Numbered from the stretch's first letter, positions 1-9,655 are shown. The stretch: DNA of 24,000 bases from Aquirufa salirivi (GCF_045310485.1 NZ_JBEWZH010000006.1:38785-62784); one strand, 5' to 3'. Numbers and translations: made by a program. Notes: generated by a model not told the origin, from the sequence alone.

Positions 1-2
1 GG

Positions 3-2051
3 GTGAAGCAAGCGATGATTGGAATGGCTCACCGTGGTCGTTTAAATGTGTTAGCGAACATCATGCACAAATCCTATGAAGCCATTTTTGATGGTTTTGA
101 AGGTAATGTACCAGATCAGATTCATGGCGATGGTGATGTAAAATATCATTTAGGTTATTCAAGCCAGCATACCAGTCCTAATGGAAACGAGATTTCTTTG
201 AAATTAGCACCCAACCCTTCTCACTTAGAGGCAGTTAATCCATTAGTTGAAGGGTTTTGTCGGGCTAGTGCCGATGCGCATTATGATGGAGATTACTCCC
301 AAGTATTACCCATTTTAATTCATGGAGATGCTGCTTTAGCGGGTCAAGGTATAGTTTACGAAGTAACTCAAATGGCCAAATTGAAAGGTTATTCTACTGG
401 AGGAACCATTCACTTTGTGATTAATAACCAGGTTGGTTTTACGACCGACTTTGAAGATGCTCGTTCAGCTATATATTGTACAGATGTAGCTAAAATCATT
501 GATGCCCCTGTATTTCATGTGAATGGAGATGATCCTGAGGCAGTGGTATTTGTGTCAAGAATGGCAGCTGAGTTCCGTCAGGAGTTTGGTCGTGATGTCT
601 TTGTGGACATGGTTTGCTACCGTAGAAATGGTCATAATGAGTCGGATGAGCCTCGTTTTACGCAACCTACTTTATATGCGAACATCACCAATCATCCAAA
701 TCCAAGAGAGATTTACACCCAAACTTTAATTAAGCGTGGTGATATAGACGCTAAATTGGCGAGTCAAATGGATTCTGAATTTAAAGCGGAATTACAGGCT
801 CGTTTGGACATGGTAAAACAAAAAGTTAAACCTCCTTATGTTCCATTGAAATTGGATAATAAGTGGTCAAACTTACGGTTCTCTAAGGCAGAGGATTTTG
901 CTTCTTCGCCGGACACAGCAATTAGTAAAGCTGCGATTGATATGGTAGCGAAGGCTATTACTTCATTACCAACAGGTTTTGTGGCATTGAAGCAAATTGA
1001 GAAAGTGATTTCAGACCGTAAAGGCTATTTTGAAAAAGGAGAATTGAATTGGGCTACTGCCGAACTATTAGCATATGGCTCTATTTTGGCTGAAGGAAAA
1101 ATGGTTCGTTTGTCAGGGCAAGATGTACAAAGAGGTACTTTTTCTCACCGTCATGCTGTTTTGCATGATGCCAATACCAATAATAATTATTGTAATTTAG
1201 ATCATATTAAAGAAGGACAAGAGAAGATGCAAATCTTTAACTCTTTGCTTTCAGAATACGGTGTTTTAGGGTTTGAGTTTGGTTATGCTTTAGCTAATCC
1301 AGATGCATTAGTGATCTGGGAAGCTCAATTTGGCGACTTTGCCAATGGTGCTCAAACCATGATTGATCAATTTGTGAGTTCTCATGAATCGAAGTGGGGA
1401 ACACAAAATGGATTAGTGATGCTTTTGCCACATGGATACGAAGGTCAAGGCCCAGAACACTCCAATGCTCGTCCGGAACGTTTCTTGCAATTAGCTTCAG
1501 AGAACAATATGGTAGTCGCTAATTTGACTACTCCAGCTAATCTTTTCCATGCATTGCGCCGCCAAATGACTTGGGAATTCCGTAAGCCGTTGGTCGTCAT
1601 GTCGCCAAAATCAATATTCCGTCATCCTAAGGTGGTTTCACCAATTGAAGCATTTACCAAAGGTAAATTCCAAGAAGTGATTGGTGATGCTTATGTTGAA
1701 AAAGCAAAAGTTAAAAAAGTGTTATTGTGCAGTGGAAAAGTGTATTTCGACTTATTAGAGAAACAAGAAAAAGATGTTCGTAAAGATGTAGCCATTATTC
1801 GTTTAGAACAATTGCATCCACTACCTACAGCTCAAATAGATAAGGAAATTGCCAAATACAAAAATGCCGATGTGTATTTTGTCCAAGAAGAGCCCGAAAA
1901 TATGGGTTATTGGTCATACATTATTCGTGAATTTGGTTGGTCTAAATTCAAGGGATTGGTTGCACGTAAGAAGAGTGCATCTCCTGCAACAGGATTCTTA
2001 AAGGTGCATGCAGAAGAGCAAGCAGCCTTGGTTAATAAAGCATTTGAATAA
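3..2051 (+). CDS. sucA: 2-oxoglutarate dehydrogenase E1 component, 5'-truncated by the window edge
   Basis: The 682-aa open frame runs from the window edge. It contains E1o-type motifs (IGMAHRGRLNVL, HGDAALAGQGIVYE, LLPHGYEGQGPEHS) and is followed directly by E2o and E3 genes. The true N-terminus lies upstream of position 1. Confidence 0.93.
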   Translation: MKQAMIGMAHRGRLNVLANIMHKSYEAIFDGFEGNVPDQIHGDGDVKYHLGYSSQHTSPNGNEISLKLAPNPSHLEAVNPLVEGFCRASADAHYDGDYSQVLPILIHGDAALAGQGIVYEVTQMAKLKGYSTGGTIHFVINNQVGFTTDFEDARSAIYCTDVAKIIDAPVFHVNGDDPEAVVFVSRMAAEFRQEFGRDVFVDMVCYRRNGHNESDEPRFTQPTLYANITNHPNPREIYTQTLIKRGDIDAKLASQMDSEFKAELQARLDMVKQKVKPPYVPLKLDNKWSNLRFSKAEDFASSPDTAISKAAIDMVAKAITSLPTGFVALKQIEKVISDRKGYFEKGELNWATAELLAYGSILAEGKMVRLSGQDVQRGTFSHRHAVLHDANTNNNYCNLDHIKEGQEKMQIFNSLLSEYGVLGFEFGYALANPDALVIWEAQFGDFANGAQTMIDQFVSSHESKWGTQNGLVMLLPHGYEGQGPEHSNARPERFLQLASENNMVVANLTTPANLFHALRRQMTWEFRKPLVVMSPKSIFRHPKVVSPIEAFTKGKFQEVIGDAYVEKAKVKKVLLCSGKVYFDLLEKQEKDVRKDVAIIRLEQLHPLPTAQIDKEIAKYKNADVYFVQEEPENMGYWSYIIREFGWSKFKGLVARKKSASPATGFLKVHAEEQAALVNKAFE

Positions 2052-2073
2052 TTAAAATAAAAGCCGAACAACA

Positions 2074-3621
2074 ATGGCCATAGAAATGAAAGTGCCCGCT
2101 GTGGGTGAATCGATTACGGAAGTTACCGTTGCTACTTGGAATAAGAAAGAGGGTGATGTGGTGAAGTTGGACGAAGTTCTTTGTGAATTGGAGTCAGATA
2201 AGGCAACTTTTGAATTGCCGGCAGAAGCAGAAGGTATTTTACATATCGTAGCAAAAGAGGGTGATGTTTTACCCATTGGAGCTGTAATTTGTACGATAGA
2301 GGTACTTGGTGCTCAAGCAACTACCGCCACTCCAGCACCAGCAGTCACCGTAGCTGAAAGTTCAGCACCCGCTCCAGTAGCGGTTGCACCAGAGGCACCT
2401 GTTGCTGTAAGTAAAGTATTGGAAGTAAAGGTTCCTCCAGTGGGAGAATCTATTTCTGAGGTGACAGTTTCTGTTTGGAATAAAAAATCGGGCGATACGG
2501 TTGCCTTAGATGAAGTTTTATGTGAATTAGAGTCGGATAAGGCTACGTTTGAATTACCAGCTGAATCAGCGGGTGTGTTACAAATTATAGCAGAATCAGG
2601 TGCTTTAGTACCTATTGGTGGTGTTTTGGCTACCATTACAGTCATTTCTGGTGCAAGCACAGTTGTTGCACCAGCAAGCTCAGTCGTTGCAACTGCAACG
2701 ACCCTACCAGCAACTGAATCCTATGCAGCAGGACATCCATCTCCAGCAGCAGCTAAAATTTTAGATGAAAAGGGAATTGCAGCTTCGCAAGTAGCTGGAA
2801 CGGGTGTTGGTGGAAGAATTACCAAAGATGATGCTCAAAATGCACAAGCAGCTGCAGTTGCTCCAGCAGCGCCTGCGCCATCAGCACCGGCAGTTGCAGC
2901 AGCTACCATTGCCTCAGATGCACGTGGCTCCCGTCGTGAAAAGATGAGTTCATTGCGCAAAACAGTCGCTCGTCGATTGGTCGCTGTGAAAAATGAAACA
3001 GCCATGTTGACTACCTTTAATGAGGTAGATATGAAGCCAGTGATGGATTTAAGATCTAAATACAAAGATAAGTTTAAAGAAAAGCATGGTGTCGGATTAG
3101 GCTTTATGTCATTCTTCACTAAGGCGGTTTGCGTAGCTTTGAAAGAGTTCCCTTCGGTGAATGCTAAGATTGATGGAGACGAAATGGTTTTCCATGATTT
3201 CTGTGATATTTCCATTGCTGTTTCTGCACCTAAAGGTTTAGTAGTACCCGTGATTCGCAACGCAGAGAATTTAAGTCTTGCTGGAATTGAATCAGAAGTG
3301 GTTCGTTTGGCTGTCAAGGCACGCGATAATAAATTGAGTTTGGAAGAAATGACAGGAGGAACTTTTACCATCACCAATGGTGGCGTATTTGGGTCTATGA
3401 TGTCTACTCCTATTATCAATGCCCCTCAAGTAGCTATTTTGGGTATGCATAATATCGTGGAGCGCCCTGTAGTCGTGGATGGTCAAATTGTGATCAGACC
3501 GATGATGTACTTAGCTTTATCATACGATCACCGTATTATCGACGGTCGTGAGTCAGTAAGCTTCTTAGTACGTGTGAAGCAGTTGTTGGAAGATCCTGCT
3601 CGTTTATTATTAGATATTTAA
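2074..3621 (+). CDS. sucB: Dihydrolipoyllysine-residue succinyltransferase (E2o) with two tandem lipoyl domains
   Basis: ATG at 2074. There are two lipoyl domains, each with the [10 protein letters not shown] lipoyl-Lys motif (K43, K156), joined by Ala/Pro-rich linkers. A peripheral subunit-binding domain ([14 protein letters not shown]...[12 protein letters not shown]) follows, then a catalytic domain with DHRIIDG. Confidence 0.93.
   Translation: MAIEMKVPAVGESITEVTVATWNKKEGDVVKLDEVLCELESDKATFELPAEAEGILHIVAKEGDVLPIGAVICTIEVLGAQATTATPAPAVTVAESSAPAPVAVAPEAPVAVSKVLEVKVPPVGESISEVTVSVWNKKSGDTVALDEVLCELESDKATFELPAESAGVLQIIAESGALVPIGGVLATITVISGASTVVAPASSVVATATTLPATESYAAGHPSPAAAKILDEKGIAASQVAGTGVGGRITKDDAQNAQAAAVAPAAPAPSAPAVAAATIASDARGSRREKMSSLRKTVARRLVAVKNETAMLTTFNEVDMKPVMDLRSKYKDKFKEKHGVGLGFMSFFTKAVCVALKEFPSVNAKIDGDEMVFHDFCDISIAVSAPKGLVVPVIRNAENLSLAGIESEVVRLAVKARDNKLSLEEMTGGTFTITNGGVFGSMMSTPIINAPQVAILGMHNIVERPVVVDGQIVIRPMMYLALSYDHRIIDGRESVSFLVRVKQLLEDPARLLLDI
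2080..2643 (+). repeat. Internal tandem duplication encoding lipoyl domains 1 (2080-2304) and 2 (2419-2643) of SucB
   Basis: Residues 3-77 and 116-190 align without gaps. Shared blocks include VGESI(T/S)[28 protein letters not shown]. Confidence 0.85.
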
Positions 3622-3628
3622 CAACGTG

Positions 3629-3658
3629 AATAGGCCTTAAGGGGCCTATTCCTTTTTT
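3629..3658 (+). terminator. Intrinsic-terminator-like hairpin between sucB and lpdA
   Basis: 8-bp stem AATAGGCC / GGCCTATT (3629-3636 / 3643-3650) with a 6-nt loop, followed by CC-TTTTTT (3653-3658). It lies 8 nt after the sucB stop and 11 nt before the lpdA ATG. Confidence 0.45.
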
Positions 3659-3668
3659 CCATTGCCTT

Positions 3669-5075
3669 ATGTTAGAATTTGATGTTGTCGTTATTGGTTC
3701 AGGTCCTGGTGGTTATGTAGCAGCTATTCGTGCGGCACAATTAGGATTCAAAACTGCCATTATTGAAAAATACGCCGTTATGGGTGGAACCTGCTTAAAT
3801 GTAGGTTGTATTCCTTCTAAAGCACTTTTAGATTCTTCGGAACATTATTACAATGCGATTCACCATTTTGAAGAACATGGAATAATAGGGGGAAAGCCCA
3901 AAGTAGATTTAGAAAAGATGATTGCTCGTAAGGCAGGTGTGGTGGAAAAAATGAATGGCGGGATATCCTTTTTAATGAAGAAAAACAAAGTGACTGTTTT
4001 TCATGGTTTGGGCTCATTCGAAAGCGCAAAAGTAGTGAAAGTCACTCAAGCAGATGGAAAAGAGGAATTACTAAGTGCAAAAAATATTATTGTAGCTACA
4101 GGCTCTAAGCCAACGAATTTACCATTCATTCCAATTGATAAAACACGAATCATAACTTCCACGGAAGCTTTGAAGATGAAGGAAATCCCTAAACATTTAA
4201 TCGTAATAGGGGCAGGAGTGATTGGCGCTGAATTAGGTTCTGTATATGCACGTTTAGGTTCTAAAGTTAGTTTTGTTGAATATGCAGATGGCATGATTCC
4301 AACCATGGATAGAACCATGGGAAAGGAATTACAAAAATCAATTGCTAAGATGGGAGCTGATTTTTATCTCTCTCACCAAGTTACTGGTGCCGAAAACAAA
4401 GGTAAGGAAGTAGTCGTTAAAGCGAAAAATGCAGCTGGGGAAGAAGTAGAAATAAAAGGAGATTATTGTTTGGTATGTATTGGCCGTAAGCCATATACGG
4501 AAGGTTTGAACTTAGCAGCCGCAGGTTTACAAGCAGATGAGCGCGGAAGAATAGCCGTAGATGAACATACTTTACAAACTTCTGTTCCAGGAATATATGC
4601 CATTGGTGATATAATTCGTGGAGCTATGTTAGCTCATAAAGCAGAAGAAGAAGGGGTATTTGTTGCCGAAGTAATAGCAGGTCAAAAGCCACATATTAAT
4701 TATAATTTAATTCCAGGCGTAGTTTATACATGGCCAGAAGTAGCTTCTGTTGGTAAAACTGAACAAGAGCTCAAGGCTGCGGGAATAGCTTATAAAGATG
4801 GGTCTTTTCCATTTAAAGCCTTAGGACGTGCCGTGGCTTCCATGGATGTAGACGGATTGGTGAAGGTTTTAGCAGATGCCAAAACAGATGAAATTTTAGG
4901 CGTTCATATCATTGGAGCTCGTGCAGCTGACATGATAGCCGAAGCGGTGGTAGCCATGGAATTCAGAGCGAGTGCGGAAGATGTGGCACGCATGTCACAT
5001 GCCCATCCCACCTACACCGAAGCCATGAAAGAAGCTTGTTTAGCTGCTACCAGCAAAAGAGCTATTCACTCCTAA
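3669..5075 (+). CDS. lpdA: Dihydrolipoyl dehydrogenase (E3)
   Basis: N-terminal FAD fold VVVIGSGPGGYVAA, redox-active disulfide motif GGTCLNVGCIPSK, NAD fold VIGAGVIGAELG, C-terminal HAHPT motif. 468 aa. Confidence 0.93.
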   Translation: MLEFDVVVIGSGPGGYVAAIRAAQLGFKTAIIEKYAVMGGTCLNVGCIPSKALLDSSEHYYNAIHHFEEHGIIGGKPKVDLEKMIARKAGVVEKMNGGISFLMKKNKVTVFHGLGSFESAKVVKVTQADGKEELLSAKNIIVATGSKPTNLPFIPIDKTRIITSTEALKMKEIPKHLIVIGAGVIGAELGSVYARLGSKVSFVEYADGMIPTMDRTMGKELQKSIAKMGADFYLSHQVTGAENKGKEVVVKAKNAAGEEVEIKGDYCLVCIGRKPYTEGLNLAAAGLQADERGRIAVDEHTLQTSVPGIYAIGDIIRGAMLAHKAEEEGVFVAEVIAGQKPHINYNLIPGVVYTWPEVASVGKTEQELKAAGIAYKDGSFPFKALGRAVASMDVDGLVKVLADAKTDEILGVHIIGARAADMIAEAVVAMEFRASAEDVARMSHAHPTYTEAMKEACLAATSKRAIHS

Positions 5076-5076
5076 T

Positions 5077-5430
5077 TTATTCGCTCGCTTTTTCTTCGGA
5101 AGATTTTAAGCGGTTGGTCATTTTAATCAGTAAAAACATCACAAATGCGACTAAAACAAAGTCGATAAAAATGGTGATGAAATTACCATATTGAATCGCA
5201 TTTTCTGGAGAAAGAATTTTACCAGTTGCATCATATTGAGCTTCACTCAAGACATATTTCATGGCTTTGAAATCTACTCCTGTGGTAAGTTCTCCTACAA
5301 TAGGCATGATGACGCCATCAATTAATGCGGTCGTGACTTTACCAAATGCAGCTCCCATTATAAAGGCTACCGAAATTTCGATTAGACTGCCTTTCATGGC
5401 AAATTCTTTGAACTCTTTGATCATACTCAT
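5077..5430 (-). CDS. mscL: Large-conductance mechanosensitive channel
   Basis: 117 aa. Typical MscL N-terminus (IKEFKEFAMKGSLIEISVAFIMGAAFGKV...DGVIMPIVG) and two predicted TM helices. ATG at 5430-5428. Confidence 0.9.
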   Translation of the reverse strand: MSMIKEFKEFAMKGSLIEISVAFIMGAAFGKVTTALIDGVIMPIVGELTTGVDFKAMKYVLSEAQYDATGKILSPENAIQYGNFITIFIDFVLVAFVMFLLIKMTNRLKSSEEKASE

Positions 5431-5627
5431 AGTAATAAGGGTTTAATGGATTAAGGAATGGTATACAAAAGGGTAGAATTATTTCGTTGATAATGAAATG
5501 TGACAAAGTTAAAAAACTTGTCAAACACATAGTCTTACAAAATTCACCTCCAAGAACTTGATTTTTTTTTAAATTTCAATCAAAGACGGAGAATTGTTTC
5601 AAAACATATTCCTATTCAATAATTGAG

Positions 5628-5635
5628 TAAATTTG
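5628..5635 (+). promoter_or_regulatory. Candidate Bacteroidota -7 promoter box (TAAATTTG) for the sialidase gene
   Basis: Matches TAnnTTTG and ends 18 nt upstream of the ATG at 5654. No convincing -33 TTG was identified. Confidence 0.3.
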
Positions 5636-5653
5636 ATTTTATCGTTCTTCGTC

Positions 5654-6814
5654 ATGAAAACATACCTCATTTTTTCGTCTTTATTTTTATTTTCCTGTGG
5701 ACTTTTAGCGCAAAAGTCGGAGAAAGTAAGCGTTTTTACAGCTGGTCAGGATTCCTATGCCAGTTTTCGTATTCCTGCTATTATTAAACTTCCTCATGGA
5801 GAATTATTGGCTTTTGCAGAAGGCAGAAAGAAGAATGCGGAAGATTTTGGTAATATAGATATCGTTTCCAAAATCAGTAAAGATGGTGGTAAAACCTGGT
5901 CTGCGATTCAGAAGGTGGTGGATGTAGATTCTTTGCAAGCTGGAAATCCAGCACCCGTGGTGGATTATTGGGATCCAGAATATCCACAAGGACGGATTTT
6001 CTTATTTTATAATACAGGTAACAATCACGAAAATTTAGTTCGACAAGGGAAAGGGCTTAGAGAGGTTTGGTACAAAACCTCCACCGATGACGGTAAGACT
6101 TGGTCAGTGCCTGTCAATATAACCCAATCAGTTCATCGTCCACCTCAGGAGCCATATAAGTTTACAGAAGATTGGCGCTCCTATGCCAATACACCTGGCC
6201 ATGCCATGCAAATTAGTTCAGGAAGATACCGTGGTAGAATATATGTAGCAGCGAATCATTCTTCTGGTGCTCCCAAATCAGATTTTACTGATTATGTGTC
6301 ACATGGTTTTTTTACGGATAATCATGGTCAAAGCTTTCAATTAAGTCAATCTTTGGGGCTGCTTGGAAGCAATGAAGCGACAGCCGCTGAGTTATCGGAT
6401 AATCGATTGTTATTGAATGCTAGGAATCAAAAAGGAGATGTCAGGACACGTATTGCGGCTATAAGTTCAGATGGTGGAAGTACATGGGATAAAACGTATT
6501 ATGAGACATCATTGCCAGATCCGGTTTGTGAAGGCTCCTTACTATCTATAGGATACAGACAAGGAAAAAGTGTATTAGCTTTTTCTAATGCCGCTGACCA
6601 AGAAAATCGGAATCATCTAACCTTGCGTATTAGCTTTGATGAAGGTTTAACTTGGCCAATCAGCCATGAAATAGATGGTACGAATGATCCTGTTAAGTAT
6701 CCTGATTTTACAGCTTATTCTGATATAGTGAAATTGGATGAAGACCGAATAGGTGTTTTATATGAACGAAATGATTATACTGAAATCGTTTTTGTCAGTA
6801 TCAAATGGGAGTAA
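5654..6814 (+). CDS. Exo-alpha-sialidase (GH33, BNR/Asp-box), secreted or lipoprotein
   Basis: FRIP motif (SFRIPAII). Four Asp-boxes: SKDGGKTWS, STDDGKTWS, SSDGGSTWD, SFDEGLTWP. The start is moved from the track's TTG (5633) to the ATG at 5654. This gives the signal peptide MKTYLIFSSLFLFSCG with a lipobox-like FSC. Confidence 0.85.
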   Translation: MKTYLIFSSLFLFSCGLLAQKSEKVSVFTAGQDSYASFRIPAIIKLPHGELLAFAEGRKKNAEDFGNIDIVSKISKDGGKTWSAIQKVVDVDSLQAGNPAPVVDYWDPEYPQGRIFLFYNTGNNHENLVRQGKGLREVWYKTSTDDGKTWSVPVNITQSVHRPPQEPYKFTEDWRSYANTPGHAMQISSGRYRGRIYVAANHSSGAPKSDFTDYVSHGFFTDNHGQSFQLSQSLGLLGSNEATAAELSDNRLLLNARNQKGDVRTRIAAISSDGGSTWDKTYYETSLPDPVCEGSLLSIGYRQGKSVLAFSNAADQENRNHLTLRISFDEGLTWPISHEIDGTNDPVKYPDFTAYSDIVKLDEDRIGVLYERNDYTEIVFVSIKWE

Positions 6815-6837
6815 AATTGCATTTTTTTGGCTAAGTC

Positions 6838-6880
6838 TAGCCAACGCTGTCAAGGTTTGGAACCTTGCCAGCGTTAGCTA
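6838..6880. terminator. Long imperfect hairpin between the convergent sialidase and MATE genes (probable bidirectional terminator)
   Basis: 20-nt arms 6838-6857 and 6861-6880 pair at 18 of 20 positions around the loop TGG. TTT follows on the + strand. Confidence 0.45.
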
Positions 6881-6973
6881 TTTAGCTCAAGAAATTTCAT
6901 GGAAGGCTTTCCTTAGCCAAACGAATTAAAACTCAAAAAATGTATAGTAAGTTGAAGACTATCAAGTTCTTGA

Positions 6974-8347
6974 TTAATCTTCCACTTGAAGTGAATCGAA
7001 ATCAATCACTTTGGTGCGGGCATAAAAACGCCAGGATAACAGTGCCGCTGAACAAATCAGGCTACACGTTAATCCAATCCAGATTCCAACAGCTCCTAAG
7101 TCACCATAAATACCTAAGTAATAACTTAAAGGTATCCCAACACCCCAATAAGAAATAACGGTTATTGCAGTGGGGATTTTGACATCTTGTAGTCCTCTTA
7201 GTAAGCCTAAAGAAACAGCTTGAATACCATCAAATAGTTGAAATATGGCCCCCCAAGTAACTAATGAAACAGCAATGACGATCACATCTGCTTCCTGCGT
7301 GTATCCACGTACCAACCATGGTTTGAAAGTAAACATAATAATAGCACAAATACCCATAAATAGAATCGAAAGAAGCAAGGCGGCATTTCCTGAAATAAAA
7401 ATCCCTGCTCGATTTTTCTCTCCAATATCTGTACCAACATGAATTCCTCCAGCTGCTGCTATGCCGGTGGCCATCATATACGTTAAAGATGCCATGTTGA
7501 TGGCCACAATATGTGCAGCTTGGGCAGTCGAGGAAATCCAACCCATCATTACCACAGCCATACCAAAGGTAGCTATTTCAAAAAATCCTTGGAATCCAGC
7601 AGGAATACCTACTTTTAAAATGGTCTTTTCCTGTACCCAAGTATGATGCTCAGAACCCATGTGAGCAAAATATTTAGTAAAAGAGGGAGATTTGAAGATG
7701 TATAAGCCTAGAGTAAGGGCCATAAAAATACGACAAAGCAAAGTAGAAATACCTGCCCCAAATAAACCCATGGCAGGAATGGGTCCTAAGCCATTGATGC
7801 AAATATGATTGCCAATCACATTTAAAACCAAGGCTATGATCGTGATGTTCATTGCAATACTCGTCCTTTTTAAGCCATCCGAAAAGCTCTTGAATGCCGC
7901 AAATAAAAATGTTGGAATAACAGAAATGGCAATCAACACCAAATAGGGTAGGGTTAACTCCTTATTAATGGCACTTTGTTGGAAAAGGTCATAATTCCAA
8001 CCAATAAGGGCAATAATAAAAATAGTTATTACTGAAAGGATTAAAGCTACTCGAATTCCTGCCCGCATTAAATTCCCACATTCAGCGTCCTTATTTTCCG
8101 CCACTGATTTAGAAATCATAGGTGAAATGATTTGTAAACAGATTAATCCAATAATGGCAATCGTAAAAAATATGGAGTTGGCCATTCCTGAAGCCCCCAA
8201 GCTTTCTGCCACTTGCGACTGCATTTGACCCACTTGGATGGTATCGGCTAAACCCATCAACATAACACCTAATTGTCCAATTACAATAGGTAAGGCTAAT
8301 TTGATCGTGCTTTTAATTTTACCTCCAAGGCTGACGTCCTGCATCAT
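6974..8347 (-). CDS. MATE family multidrug/sodium efflux transporter
   Basis: 457 aa and highly hydrophobic, with about 12 TM segments. MATE-like N-terminus (KLALPIVIGQLGVMLMGLADTIQVG). The ATG abuts the murA stop with no gap. Confidence 0.8.
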   Translation of the reverse strand: MMQDVSLGGKIKSTIKLALPIVIGQLGVMLMGLADTIQVGQMQSQVAESLGASGMANSIFFTIAIIGLICLQIISPMISKSVAENKDAECGNLMRAGIRVALILSVITIFIIALIGWNYDLFQQSAINKELTLPYLVLIAISVIPTFLFAAFKSFSDGLKRTSIAMNITIIALVLNVIGNHICINGLGPIPAMGLFGAGISTLLCRIFMALTLGLYIFKSPSFTKYFAHMGSEHHTWVQEKTILKVGIPAGFQGFFEIATFGMAVVMMGWISSTAQAAHIVAINMASLTYMMATGIAAAGGIHVGTDIGEKNRAGIFISGNAALLLSILFMGICAIIMFTFKPWLVRGYTQEADVIVIAVSLVTWGAIFQLFDGIQAVSLGLLRGLQDVKIPTAITVISYWGVGIPLSYYLGIYGDLGAVGIWIGLTCSLICSAALLSWRFYARTKVIDFDSLQVED

Positions 8348-9655
8348 TTAGATTCGAATGATTTCTGCTCCTAAGGCATTTAATCGAGTATCAATATTTT
8401 GATATCCTCGGTCGATTTGCTCAATATTATCAATGATGGACGAGCCTGTTGCAGACATAGCAGCGATTAATAAGGATACACCGGCACGAATATCGGGAGA
8501 CGACATGCGTATTCCTTTTAGGTTTTGCTTTCTGTCGAAACCAACCACCGTAGCCCGGTGAGGATCACAAAGAATGATTTGAGCACCCATTTCAATTAAT
8601 CGGTCAACAAAGAAAAGTCGACTTTCAAACATTTTTTGGTGTATCAATACCGTTCCTTTAGCTTGAATGGCAGTCACTAAAATAATCGATAGTAGATCTG
8701 GCGTAAAACCCGGCCATGGATGATCTGAAATGGTCAGCATAGAACCATCAATGAAGTTTTCTAATTCATAATGTTCTTGAGCCGGTACATATATATCATC
8801 TCCACGAAACTCTAGTTTGATTCCTAGTTTGCGGAAAACATCTGGAATGATTCCTAATTCAGGAATTTTACAATTTTTGATGGTGATTTCTGACTGAGTC
8901 ATCGCAGCCATTCCAATGAATGAACCAATTTCGATCATGTCAGGTAACATGGTATGCTCGGTGCCTCCAAGAATTTCAACTCCTTCTATGGTCAATAGGT
9001 TGGAGCCGATACCTGAGATTTGGGCTCCCATACGGTTCAACATCTTACATAATTGTTGAATGTAAGGTTCGCAGGCGGCATGGTAAATGGTCGTGGTACC
9101 TTTTGCTAGAACGGCAGCCATCAGAATATTAGCTGTTCCAGTAACTGAAGCTTCATCCAATAACATATAGGCACCCGTTAAGTGAGAAGCATCTACTTCG
9201 TAAAACCCTCCATCTTCGGCACTATAATTGAATTTTGCACCTAATTTCATGAACCCCGTAAAGTGAGTATCCAATCTTCTACGACCAATTTTATCTCCGC
9301 CTGGTGAAGGAATACGTCCTTTTTTGAAACGGGCCAATGTCGGTCCTAATAACATCACCGATCCACGAAGGGCTGCTGCTTTAGCTTTGTATGTTTCAGA
9401 TTCTAAGTAGTCAATATTGACCTGAGAGGCATCAAATTCAACGCTAGATTCACTTAAACGACGAATTTTTACACCCATGTCGCTCAATAAATCAATTAAT
9501 TGATTGACATCACGGATGTTAGGAATATTATGAATGGTGACAGGTTCAGCAGTTAATACTACGGCACAAAGAATTTGTAATGCTTCGTTTTTTGCACCTT
9601 GAGGAGTAATTTCCCCTGACAATTTTCTGCCACCTGTTACTTTAAATGAGGCCAT
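8348..9655 (-). CDS. murA: UDP-N-acetylglucosamine 1-carboxyvinyltransferase
   Basis: N-terminus MASFKVTGGRKLSGEITPQGAKNEAL matches the MurA pattern including the active-site Lys (GAKNEAL). The start is set to the ATG at 9655 rather than the track's TTG at 9664. The active-site loop reads PGGDKIGRRRLDTH. Confidence 0.92.
   Translation of the reverse strand: MASFKVTGGRKLSGEITPQGAKNEALQILCAVVLTAEPVTIHNIPNIRDVNQLIDLLSDMGVKIRRLSESSVEFDASQVNIDYLESETYKAKAAALRGSVMLLGPTLARFKKGRIPSPGGDKIGRRRLDTHFTGFMKLGAKFNYSAEDGGFYEVDASHLTGAYMLLDEASVTGTANILMAAVLAKGTTTIYHAACEPYIQQLCKMLNRMGAQISGIGSNLLTIEGVEILGGTEHTMLPDMIEIGSFIGMAAMTQSEITIKNCKIPELGIIPDVFRKLGIKLEFRGDDIYVPAQEHYELENFIDGSMLTISDHPWPGFTPDLLSIILVTAIQAKGTVLIHQKMFESRLFFVDRLIEMGAQIILCDPHRATVVGFDRKQNLKGIRMSSPDIRAGVSLLIAAMSATGSSIIDNIEQIDRGYQNIDTRLNALGAEIIRI

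Noticed and set aside
523-729. 68-aa + strand ORF in an alternative frame inside sucA
   Set aside because: It overlaps the conserved E1o frame completely. Its Trp/Cys-rich composition is odd and it has no independent start context.
2052-3486. Five minus-strand ORFs from the track (2052-2276, 2132-2320, 2313-2660, 2835-3419, 3292-3486) antisense to sucB
   Set aside because: They are fully nested in a gene with unmistakable E2 domain architecture. The Ala/Pro-rich GC-biased linkers keep antisense frames open. The translations are low-complexity with no recognisable motifs.
3817-4318. Antisense ORFs 3817-4029 and 4046-4318 inside lpdA
   Set aside because: They are nested in a well-supported E3 gene and have no motifs.
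4984-4989. TGGCAC resembling a sigma-54 -24 element (rpoN is encoded in the window)
   Set aside because: It lies inside the lpdA coding sequence and lacks a TTGC -12 element at the correct spacing.
5261-5530. ORFs 5261-5446 (+) and 5339-5530 (-) overlapping mscL and its upstream region
   Set aside because: They overlap the clear MscL frame or extend into an AT-rich promoter region. The sequences are not protein-like.
6940-7646. ORFs 6940-7158 (+), 7230-7541 (-), 7245-7442 (+) and 7461-7646 (+) overlapping the MATE gene
   Set aside because: The MATE frame gives a continuous 12-TM-like hydrophobic protein. The alternatives are frame shadows.
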